A stretch of DNA of 63,847 nucleotides, counting the filler. It is 5 parts of 5 records of this genome, joined end to end, with 100 filler letters (N's around TTAATTAATTAA, not from the genome) between each part and the next. Parts side by side here need not be neighbours in the genome. Positions count along the whole stretch, not along the records: positions 28,398 to 44,774 come from SRR22947725_6407; 4 more parts are not named here. One strand, given 5' to 3'. Each line of letters opens with the position of its first letter. The first letter of the stretch is position 1. Shown one piece after another: positions 32,522 to 40,599 of this stretch. Below the pieces are notes generated by a model. That model saw nothing but the letters and a program-made list of their open reading frames with translations. It was not told where the DNA came from and searched no databases. The position numbers were made by a program, and so were the translations under genes.

Positions 32522-32850
32522 AACTGCTCTTCGATCATAATTTAAGTTTTAAACTACCCAAGCGCCTTTCTGCGATATTTCCGGGTTCAATCAGTGCAAG
32601 TGCGGCGGGCTTGAACACCGCAACAGATTTACAGGTTTGGGAATATGCGAAGGAAAATGATTTTGTTCTGGTGACTCAGGATGCGGATTTTATTGATTGG
32701 AATCGATTATTTGGAATACCGCCCAAAATCCTTTGGATTCGTTTCGGTAATCAGTCAGTTGACTTTGCTGAGCAAAGATTTCTGCTCCATGAAAATGCGA
32801 TTAAGTCTTTTGAGAAAGATGAGGAGATCGAGATTTTAGAAATAAATTAA
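32518..32850 (+). CDS. DUF5615 PIN-like toxin (COG4634)
   Basis: MKLLFDHNLS, ATD.QVWEYA, LVTQDADF, PPKILWIR.GN; ATGA overlap with DUF433. Confidence 0.88.
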   Translation: MKLLFDHNLSFKLPKRLSAIFPGSISASAAGLNTATDLQVWEYAKENDFVLVTQDADFIDWNRLFGIPPKILWIRFGNQSVDFAEQRFLLHENAIKSFEKDEEIEILEIN

Positions 32851-32896
32851 GGAGGATTTATTTCCGACTGGTTCCATGGGATGGTCGATTGAATAC

Positions 32897-32945
32897 AGTG
32901 GATTGCCGTATCGGCACCATGGGTGCCTTCTGGCAATTACAGGGG
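32897..32945. repeat. Palindromic REP-like repeat, copy 3
   Basis: AGTGGATTGCCGTATCGGCACCATGGGTGCCTTCTGGCAATTACAGGGG; stems ATTGCC/GGCAAT and GGCACC/GGTGCC. Confidence 0.8.
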
Positions 32946-32947
32946 TA

Positions 32948-35908
32948 CTACTTTACTGATTCGGTGGTGTAGTCGTAATAATGGGCTTTGCCATCCTGTT
33001 TTTTCAGGAAATAGATCCAGTTGGCAGTAGCATGATTGAAGAGGTGGGGAAATACACCGTTAGCGGTCCAGAGCCAGCCAAATTCCTGATTCCATAGCCA
33101 AAGGTCTCCGCTCTCTCCATGGGTGGCATGCATCCAGCCGAGTTCGGTATGATAGAGCCAGGAACTGGGGAAGGGGCGGAAGGAACCAAACCAATCAGAT
33201 GTACGCCATCCTTCGACGGTTTCTGGAAGGGGTGTCCACCAGTAGGTTTTGGTTTGGTTGGTATCGGGTTTGACCGGAGTAACGGGCTTGGGTTGTACCA
33301 CGATAGTCTGGTTATTTTCAGAAGTCGGGGTGGCGTTTTGATCCACGATGGGGGCGGTTGTAGAATTAGAATCGGTTTGGTTTTGATCGATAATGGGAGG
33401 GGTAGTCTGATTATGATCTGTTTGGTTTTGATCGATGACTGGTTCCGTAGTTTGATTCGATTCAATGGGGAGTTGTGGATCGTCACTTGGATCATTGAGA
33501 ACATACACAGGAAAGGAATGTTGAATCGATGCATTGAATTGATCGGATACACGGACGGTGATTGAATAGGTAGTCCGGTTGGATTCGTAATCAAATAGGA
33601 TTGCGGAAGTGAGTGTTCCGTTTGGATCGAGAGAAAATACTTGGCTCTGGGTGGATGAATTTCCTTCGATTAAAGAGTAGGTGAGGGTGGTCTTGGAGTC
33701 GATGTCCTGAGCAGAGAATGTACCGATGGTGGAACCAATTGGGCTGTTTTCCATGATAGTCAGGTTGGAATCTGCAATTAATTGAGTGGGAGCGGCATTG
33801 GCAGTCGAATTGGCGTCCAATGGGTTGGAGCCGTAGGCAAGTTCAGCGGTGTCGGAAAAGCCGTCGTTGTCATCATCGGGATCGTAGGCGTCCTCGATGC
33901 CGTCTCCATCGAAATCTTCCACGATATTGGAAATTTGGACGGTAAAAGTTTGTTTTATGGTTAGATTATATTGGTCGCGGACTTTGGCATTTATGGTGAA
34001 TGAAGAATTGGATTCGAAATCAAAAACGGCGGCCGTTTTGAGGGTGCCGTTAGAATCCATGGAAAATAGATGATTGTCCATCGCATCCGCTGGGCTTTGA
34101 CCACCTTGATTGACCAGTCCGAATGTGAGAGTTGAGTTCGCATCCGGATCGGTGGCGGTGAGTTGGCCAACAATAGATCCAATCGTTTGGTTTTCCGCAA
34201 TTTGTAGTGGAGTGCTTGCGTTTAAGTCGGTGGGGGAGGAATTGGCGGTGGAGTTTGCATCCAATGGGTTGGAACCGTAGGCAATTTCGGCGCTGTCGGA
34301 AAATCCGTCATTATCATCATCGGAATCGTAGGCGTCCTCGGTGCCGTCTCCGTCATTGTCCTCCACCACATTAGTCACCCGAATAGTCAGGCGTTTTTCG
34401 TCAAATCCACCATTCCCATCATTGGCACGGAACCAGATTTCGTAGGTGTTATTAGCATCTGCATCGGTGGGATTCTCAAAGTCTGGGGTGGAGGGGAGGG
34501 ATAGGATACCGGTGGTAGTGTTAAGGTCGAACATGTCACGATCAGCTCCGGCAGTTTTTTGAAAAGTGATGGTGTCGCCTTCAATCGGATCGGAAGCATT
34601 AATGTCTAAAGAGACCGAGGAGTTTTCGGGTACCTGAATTTCAGCGGTGAGTGCACTGGAAAGGGTTTGTCCGTTAATAGAGTAAATGGTCGGGTTGTCA
34701 TTCACTGAATTAACAGTCAGGTTGATAGTAATTGAATCGTTATTTCCCCCGTCACTTACCTGAACGGAAAAAGAATCCGAACCATTAAAGTTGGCATTGG
34801 GTTGGTAGGAGAAATTGGCTGGCGATGATCCGTTTCCGTCCACTATGGCTGTACCATGTGAGGGGGAAGTTACGAGTGACCACGCGAGGGAAGATGCATT
34901 AGTATCGGAATCGGTGGCATTCAATTCGCTGGCAGTCCAGGTGGCTGAGGTATCTTCGTTAAGGGCTTTGGAAATTGGACCGACACCTTGGCTAATCACG
35001 GGGGAAGATGCTATTGCACCTAATAAATTAATGATTACTGATCCATGGCCCGAGTTTGTCCTGATACTATTATTTTGGTCGGATCCTGAATTAAAAGAAT
35101 ATCCACCCTTACTCTGAGCTGCGGGATACGACCAAGTTAAGCCTGAGGCGTCTCCACCCTGATAGCCACCACCACCTCCTCCGGATGGAAAACTTAAGCT
35201 TCCCCCGCCACCGCCTCCAAATCCGCCATCATGATTCGTTCTTCCAGTAGCTCCGGTTCCGCCATTGGTAAAACTTTTTGCGATACCGCTTGAGCTACCA
35301 GCAGTTGAATTGCTCAGAAAACCCGCTCCACCAGAAGCGTTTGAAGTTGAACCGGCTGCCGTGGAAGTTGATAGCTCGGCTTTTCCATTACCACCAAGTC
35401 TGGAGCTTGCACCAGATTCAAAAGTGGCATTATAGGATCCGCCCCCACCGCCACCTGCAACGATAAGTGGAGTGGAGCCGAGAACGACAAAGGATCCTCC
35501 ACCACCGCCTCCGCCTACCCCATCTCCACCACCGAGGCCTTTTTGTCCGACCATGATTTTGAGTACTCCATTTTTGGAGAGATTAAAAACGCCTTTAATT
35601 TTGGCCCCTAATCCGCCTTCTACCAAAGGTATGTCTGTTCCACCACGTCCGCCCTGCGCTCCCAACACTTCGATAGAATAATTTCCGTCCTCAGGTATAG
35701 TCCATTCCTGAATGCCTTGAGTATTAATCGTTACTGCACTAGCTAAGTTAGTACCGGAATAGTTAGAATCGATTTGAGCCTGAGTTGGACCTTCCCGTCC
35801 AACTGCTCCAGCGTTGGTAAATGTGTAAGTGTTCGCGGATACCAAAGGGGATAATAGGGTTTCAAAAATTACCCCAAGGAAGCACAAGTGTAATATATTT
35901 TTCATCAT
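32948..35908 (-). CDS. Large secreted surface protein: ALK/LTK-like Gly-rich domain, Ig/cadherin-like domains, acidic Ca-binding repeats, sequon-rich linker, Trp-rich C-terminal domain
   Basis: Signal peptide; GPTQAQ...GIQEWTIP..G.YSIE..GAQGG; EDT..YQPNANFNGSDSF; A.D.D and FDFE/FDYE cadherin motifs; D.DGDG.EDAYD.DDDNDGFSD repeats; GWRTSDWFG..WLYH..LGW. Confidence 0.85.
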   Translation of the reverse strand: MMKNILHLCFLGVIFETLLSPLVSANTYTFTNAGAVGREGPTQAQIDSNYSGTNLASAVTINTQGIQEWTIPEDGNYSIEVLGAQGGRGGTDIPLVEGGLGAKIKGVFNLSKNGVLKIMVGQKGLGGGDGVGGGGGGGSFVVLGSTPLIVAGGGGGGSYNATFESGASSRLGGNGKAELSTSTAAGSTSNASGGAGFLSNSTAGSSSGIAKSFTNGGTGATGRTNHDGGFGGGGGGSLSFPSGGGGGGYQGGDASGLTWSYPAAQSKGGYSFNSGSDQNNSIRTNSGHGSVIINLLGAIASSPVISQGVGPISKALNEDTSATWTASELNATDSDTNASSLAWSLVTSPSHGTAIVDGNGSSPANFSYQPNANFNGSDSFSVQVSDGGNNDSITINLTVNSVNDNPTIYSINGQTLSSALTAEIQVPENSSVSLDINASDPIEGDTITFQKTAGADRDMFDLNTTTGILSLPSTPDFENPTDADANNTYEIWFRANDGNGGFDEKRLTIRVTNVVEDNDGDGTEDAYDSDDDNDGFSDSAEIAYGSNPLDANSTANSSPTDLNASTPLQIAENQTIGSIVGQLTATDPDANSTLTFGLVNQGGQSPADAMDNHLFSMDSNGTLKTAAVFDFESNSSFTINAKVRDQYNLTIKQTFTVQISNIVEDFDGDGIEDAYDPDDDNDGFSDTAELAYGSNPLDANSTANAAPTQLIADSNLTIMENSPIGSTIGTFSAQDIDSKTTLTYSLIEGNSSTQSQVFSLDPNGTLTSAILFDYESNRTTYSITVRVSDQFNASIQHSFPVYVLNDPSDDPQLPIESNQTTEPVIDQNQTDHNQTTPPIIDQNQTDSNSTTAPIVDQNATPTSENNQTIVVQPKPVTPVKPDTNQTKTYWWTPLPETVEGWRTSDWFGSFRPFPSSWLYHTELGWMHATHGESGDLWLWNQEFGWLWTANGVFPHLFNHATANWIYFLKKQDGKAHYYDYTTESVK
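33251..33463 (-). repeat. Intragenic tandem D/E-X-N-X-T repeat linker
   Basis: Encodes ESNQT, DQNQT, DHNQT, DQNQT, DSNST, DQNAT, ENNQT, DTNQT separated by P/T/I/V spacers; GTTTGGTTTTGATCGAT occurs twice in the DNA. Confidence 0.85.
33796..34374 (-). repeat. Intragenic duplication (~135 nt x2) of an acidic TSP3-like module
   Basis: ~33796-33930 and ~34241-34374 encode VED.DGDG.EDAYD.DDDNDGFSD.AE.AYGSNPLDANSTAN. Confidence 0.85.
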
Positions 35909-36057
35909 TGGTTTTTTTAAAATACCATCAATCGGACAAGATTGTTAACAATTTACTTTAGTGCCGGTAAAAGATCAAACTCAATAAAACATGAAACTTG
36001 GTTAAGTTTTGGGAGCTCTATCCTCCATTTGCTGATAGAGGCAGGGTCTGATTTAGC

Positions 36058-37275
36058 CTATTTTGCTAAATTAATGCAGTGCAAATCGCCTCTTGCATTT
36101 CGCAGATAGAGTAGTCCGTTTGAAAGTACTGGCATGGTCCAGCATTTACCACCCATTGCCTGATCTCGGTTAAGTTCGTCAAATTTAGAGGAGTTAATCT
36201 TGGCAAATACGAGTTCGCCCCGCTGGCCTAGGATGATCATTCTATTGCCTGCGACCAAAAGAGAACCCACCATCAATCCGCGGTCGGTTGTGCGCCATTT
36301 TTCTTTCCCTGATAGGAATTCCATACAGACGAAGTCTTTTTTTCCTGCCATGTGGACATTTCCATCAAACCCGTAGAGATGATCATCCTTGAGAATAGCG
36401 TGGTTCATATGGGTCGAAAGAACTTTATTTTCATAGAGTTTCTGTAATTGATCGTTTTTCCATTGAAAAAGAGCGCAGCCCCGGCCATATCCGGTGGAGA
36501 TGAATAACTTGTCTCCCTGTATGATAGGAGTGGAGGCATTGGTCCGGTAACTGGTTTCCCATTTCACAAAGCTAATGGTTTTTCCGGTTTTGGAATCGAG
36601 CAGAACCAAGCCGTCTGTTTTGAGAACAGCGATCATTGATTTTCCATTCGGTTGGAACAGGGTGGGCGTGCCATAAGCGGGGCGGTAGGTCTTACTTTTC
36701 CAAATAATCTTTCCGTCCTTTTTATTGAGTGAATAGGTGGCGCCCGCTTCGATAATGAGTTGATCACCCAAGACATAGGGAGATGCAGCAAAGCCCCATT
36801 CCGGGGGGCGTTTCATGCCCGCTTCTTTCATCATGTCTTTTTTCCAAATTACTTTTCCGTCCTTCGCTTGGTAGGCGTGGAGCAGACCGTGCTTGCTGAT
36901 GGTATAAACGATTGAACCGTCCACGGTGGGGGTAGAGCAGGGACCGCCTTCGTGAAGGTAGTCGACAAGGGGGGCAGGGTAGGATTGTTTCCAAATTGAT
37001 TTTCCGGTTCGGGCGTCGAGGCAGTAAACGGTTTCCTGCCCTGCGGATTTTTTGCCGTCATGCCCCATGGTGTAGAGTTTGCCATTGGCAACAGAAACCG
37101 CTGAGAAACCAACCCCGACCTTGGCTTTCCATATGGGGTCATTAATTTCGTTCTTCCAATCTGTTTCCAAGGATATTCCATCTCCATTAGGCCCTAGCCA
37201 GTGTGGCCAATCGGCGGCGATAGCAGAGATGCAGGAAATTAAGAAGATTTTAGTTATAACAAGAAGGTGATTCAT
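36058..37275 (-). CDS. Secreted PQQ-like beta-propeller repeat protein
   Basis: Signal peptide, ADWPHWLGP..DGIS, repeated LDA.TGK.IW / STP blades, WT.PVLSNG.LYLR; typical of PVC bacteria. Confidence 0.85.
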   Translation of the reverse strand: MNHLLVITKIFLISCISAIAADWPHWLGPNGDGISLETDWKNEINDPIWKAKVGVGFSAVSVANGKLYTMGHDGKKSAGQETVYCLDARTGKSIWKQSYPAPLVDYLHEGGPCSTPTVDGSIVYTISKHGLLHAYQAKDGKVIWKKDMMKEAGMKRPPEWGFAASPYVLGDQLIIEAGATYSLNKKDGKIIWKSKTYRPAYGTPTLFQPNGKSMIAVLKTDGLVLLDSKTGKTISFVKWETSYRTNASTPIIQGDKLFISTGYGRGCALFQWKNDQLQKLYENKVLSTHMNHAILKDDHLYGFDGNVHMAGKKDFVCMEFLSGKEKWRTTDRGLMVGSLLVAGNRMIILGQRGELVFAKINSSKFDELNRDQAMGGKCWTMPVLSNGLLYLRNARGDLHCINLAK

Positions 37276-37352
37276 TGAGTGGATTCTGTTTTATGATGAA
37301 AGAGAATATCTTTTCGAATTGGGGGATTCTAAGATTTTTGCACTGGTGGAGG

Positions 37353-38600
37353 CTATTCTGTTTCAGGTGGTTCGCGATTAATCGTGAGAGCCGTATTTTT
37401 TTGCAAGTGCTCAATTTCACCAATGACCGATTGAACGGAGTCTTGGTCATAATGGATTCCAAAGTTAAGAGTGAAGGAGCGGGTTTCACCGGGTTGAATC
37501 ATGGGGACGCGTCCATATTTCCGTTCGACCTTTCGATTGAATGGATAGCCGGTGGCAGGTTCGATTCCTGTAACATAGCCATCTTCTTGGGCCGCGGTAT
37601 TCTTCCATATGGTAAGGTAGGGAAGTTCAGATAGGTTCCAACGAACGGAGGTACCGAGCGTAAGGTCGGCATTAGCGAGAAGGGCGATGGTGTTCCCTTC
37701 GCCATCGGGTTGTGGTTCGAGTAAGTAGACTTCTTCGATAAAGCCGGGGGTGGGTCCTTGGTATGATTTCCAGTTGTCAATACCCTTGGCTGCGTGGCTG
37801 TTCATCGGGGTGACGCTCTTGGCAGGGGTGTAAATTTGGGCACCTTCCTCGAGGATAGAGGAACCGTAGTTGCCGTGGTAAATAAGCTGGAATTCCTGAG
37901 CAAAGGCTCCCTCGTTGGTCAGTTGATCAGAGATTTGAAAGGTATCAGAACCAGCTACAGTAGAAATTTCTGTTACGAGTTTGAGTTTGGGGCCGTAGAA
38001 GAACTTTTCATAAACGGTTCCTCGGACACGGATACGATGAGTGGGCTCGGGATCGATCACCACTTCATAGGAAGAGGCGGGTATATTTTGAATCTTCCCA
38101 TGAAGGGTCAGGTTGAGAGTTGAGGGATTACCGGTGTTATCAATAAATTCGTCCGTTCCTGGATGTCCGGCAAATTCGAGGCCACACCGAACCATCCATT
38201 CATTAAATCCTTCGAGCCAACCGAGACCGCCTCTGCTTTCGAGATTGATGTGGGAGGGATGGACGATTTCTTTAACTGGTGAATCCCAACCTAGTCGGAT
38301 GCCTGCCGAGCGGATATCAAAGATTCCCATTCCACGGGCGGGGATAATTGAAATCTGAAGTTTTCCATTGTCGAGGGTAAGTAGTTCGACTCCCTCCTGT
38401 TTGCCGCCCCGTAGAATTTTGCGAGTAACTGACCACTCAGAGTCAAAGGTCTTGCCGGGATGTGAGGCGGAACTTTCGAGGTATTCGATTTTACCCGACT
38501 GGTTAAGCTGCGTTTCCGGTTCGGGTAATGAAACCTGATTTTCGGAACAGGAAAGAAGCAGAAAAGAGAAGCAAAGAATGCCAAGGGTTGGATTTTTCAT
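37353..38600 (-). CDS. DUF4432 aldose 1-epimerase/mutarotase-like lipoprotein
   Basis: Lipobox LLSC; RGMGI, GLGWLEGF, RCG, LHG, YHGNYG, TIWKN, GIEP. Confidence 0.78.
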   Translation of the reverse strand: MKNPTLGILCFSFLLLSCSENQVSLPEPETQLNQSGKIEYLESSASHPGKTFDSEWSVTRKILRGGKQEGVELLTLDNGKLQISIIPARGMGIFDIRSAGIRLGWDSPVKEIVHPSHINLESRGGLGWLEGFNEWMVRCGLEFAGHPGTDEFIDNTGNPSTLNLTLHGKIQNIPASSYEVVIDPEPTHRIRVRGTVYEKFFYGPKLKLVTEISTVAGSDTFQISDQLTNEGAFAQEFQLIYHGNYGSSILEEGAQIYTPAKSVTPMNSHAAKGIDNWKSYQGPTPGFIEEVYLLEPQPDGEGNTIALLANADLTLGTSVRWNLSELPYLTIWKNTAAQEDGYVTGIEPATGYPFNRKVERKYGRVPMIQPGETRSFTLNFGIHYDQDSVQSVIGEIEHLQKNTALTINREPPETE

Positions 38601-38626
38601 GGACTAAGGGGGGATGGGTAAGAAAA

Positions 38627-39478
38627 TTATCCGAACACTTCCTCGAGTGCGGCCCGCATTACGGTGGGATCGGGATCCACGCCAGTCCAGTGTTTTACCC
38701 CGATCACTCCCTGACTGACGAGCATGGCGAGGCCGTCAATTACCTTGCATCCTTTGGCCCGGGCATCGAGGACGAGGTTGGTGGCGGGGGGGTTGGGAAT
38801 CACATCGGCCACGACCATATTGGAGGTGAGAGTATTGGGGGCAAAATCGAGCCGGGCATCGGTATCGGGAAACAGGCCAATCGAGGTGGCGTTAATTACG
38901 ATATCGGTTTCAGTGGGAATTGAATAAGTGGAGTCCCAGGAAGTGAAGTCGGCATAGCAGGGTAGTTTGTCCTGTAAAAGAGTGGTCAGTTCCTCTCCGC
39001 GTTGAGCGGAACGATTGACGATGGTAATATGATTGGCTCCGGCTAGAGCGACTTCCACGCTAATTGCACGTGCGGCACCACCGGCGCCAAAAATGACCAC
39101 CTTTTTATTTTTGGGATCGGTAATTTCATGAAGGGAAGAAAGAAAACCCTTCCCATCAGTATTTTCTCCAATCCACTGCCCGTCGCGACGAACGACACAG
39201 TTGACCGCCCCCATGAGCGAGGCGGATTCGCCCAGACCGTCGAGGTATTGGATGACATTAACTTTGTGCGGGATGGTGCAGTTGAAGCCCTGAAAGCCCA
39301 TCACCTTGGCACCTTGGACGGCAGCCTCTAAGTCGTTTGGACCCACTTCAATGGTAAGATATCGCCAGTCGAGATTATGGTGACGATAAGCGGCTTCGAC
39401 CATAACCTGTGTCGGGTTCTCGGAAATCGGCTGTCCGAACGCTGCTGTAAGTTCTTGCTTGAAATTTAGTTCATTCAT
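38627..39478 (-). CDS. Shikimate dehydrogenase-family oxidoreductase (atypical substrate motif)
   Basis: GFNCTIPHK, GAVN, GENTDG.GF, GAGGAARA, VNR, INATSIG, DGLAMLV.QG; HSxSP replaced by ENPT. Confidence 0.85.
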   Translation of the reverse strand: MNELNFKQELTAAFGQPISENPTQVMVEAAYRHHNLDWRYLTIEVGPNDLEAAVQGAKVMGFQGFNCTIPHKVNVIQYLDGLGESASLMGAVNCVVRRDGQWIGENTDGKGFLSSLHEITDPKNKKVVIFGAGGAARAISVEVALAGANHITIVNRSAQRGEELTTLLQDKLPCYADFTSWDSTYSIPTETDIVINATSIGLFPDTDARLDFAPNTLTSNMVVADVIPNPPATNLVLDARAKGCKVIDGLAMLVSQGVIGVKHWTGVDPDPTVMRAALEEVFG

Positions 39479-39552
39479 GTGTCTTGATAGCTCTTCCAAT
39501 TATGGGCAAGCTTCCAAATTTAGAAATTAACGAGAAAATGCAAGGATATATA

Positions 39553-40527
39553 ATGATTAAAAAAATGTACATATTTATAATTTCACTTTTCACTTTGGGG
39601 ATTATGGGATGCGGAGACACAGGTACTTCAAGCGTGGATCAAGGGAGTGAAAGTAAGGGGACAATTGGAGTTTCTGTGCTTACTTTAGGAAATCCATTTT
39701 TTAATGTGATTGCCGAGGGAGTGAAAGAGGAGGCGGCCAAGCATGGGTATGATGTGGTGGTGGTCGACGGAGACCGGGATGTACAAAAACAGGCGAACCA
39801 AATTGATGATTTTTTAACCAAGGGTGTGGTCGCGATCATATTAAACCCCTGTGACCGGCAGTCGATCGGCCCAGCGATAGAAAAAGCAAATCAAGAAGGG
39901 GTACCGGTTTTTACCTGTGATTTAAAATGTGTGGCCAAGGGGGCGGAAGTGGTCAGCCATGTGGGGAGCGATAATTTACAGGGCGGGAAATTGGCCGGAG
40001 AGGCAATGATTGAGGCTCTCGGTGAACAGGGCGGAGAGGTGTTGATTGTACATTTCCCTCAGGCGAATTCCTGCCAGTTGAGGGTGCAGGGATTTGAGGA
40101 GGTGATCGGGAAATACAACGCAGGATTGTCGGCCAACCGGATTGAGGTGGTGGCTCAGTTAGACGGAGGCGGTGTTCGTGATGAGGGATATAAGGTAACT
40201 GAGGACACATTACAGGCCCACCCTAATCTTCGTGGAATATTTGCGATTAATGACCCGTCCGGACTGGGGGCACGTGCGGCCCTTGAAAAAGCTGGTAAGC
40301 AAGATCAGGTAACTATTATTGCCTTTGACGGTCAACCCGAAGGGAAGCAGGCAATTAAGGACGGAAAGATATTTGCAGATCCCATTCAATTTCCCGATCT
40401 AATTGGTAAAAAGACGGTGCAATTAATGATGGACTACTTTGCAGGGAATGAAGTGGAGAAAGAAGTGCTCATTCCGACCCGATTATACAGGCAGGTGGAC
40501 GGGGAGAATGATCCTACCCTTCAATAA
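39553..40527 (+). CDS. Sugar ABC transporter substrate-binding lipoprotein (RbsB-like)
   Basis: Lipobox MGC; LGNPFF, VGSDN..GG, R..GF, FAIND, FDG. Confidence 0.9.
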   Translation: MIKKMYIFIISLFTLGIMGCGDTGTSSVDQGSESKGTIGVSVLTLGNPFFNVIAEGVKEEAAKHGYDVVVVDGDRDVQKQANQIDDFLTKGVVAIILNPCDRQSIGPAIEKANQEGVPVFTCDLKCVAKGAEVVSHVGSDNLQGGKLAGEAMIEALGEQGGEVLIVHFPQANSCQLRVQGFEEVIGKYNAGLSANRIEVVAQLDGGGVRDEGYKVTEDTLQAHPNLRGIFAINDPSGLGARAALEKAGKQDQVTIIAFDGQPEGKQAIKDGKIFADPIQFPDLIGKKTVQLMMDYFAGNEVEKEVLIPTRLYRQVDGENDPTLQ

Positions 40528-40552
40528 ATCTCGGTAATTCGAATTATTTTAC

Positions 40553-40575
40553 TATTCAAAATTACTATTTGAATA
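40553..40575. promoter_or_regulatory. Candidate operator upstream of the IclR gene
   Basis: Inverted repeat TATTCAAA-N7-TTTGAATA; adjacent perfect palindrome TAATTCGAATTA at 40535-40546. Confidence 0.35.
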
Positions 40576-40599
40576 TCTTTCCACAGAAAGAATTAAATT

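Noticed and set aside
31585-32945. CRISPR array or classical integron
   Set aside because: Intervals of 555-660 nt contain genes, the repeats are divergent, there are no cas genes or integron integrase, and no RYYYAAC/GTTRRRY attC ends.
35150-35540. CCACCA/CCGCCT-rich low-complexity tract and Pro-rich plus-strand ORF 35472-35681
   Set aside because: Reverse complement of the polyglycine codons of the surface protein.
38627-39478. Gene symbol aroE
   Set aside because: Shikimate-binding residues are altered and the context is sugar uptake, so it is called a family member only.
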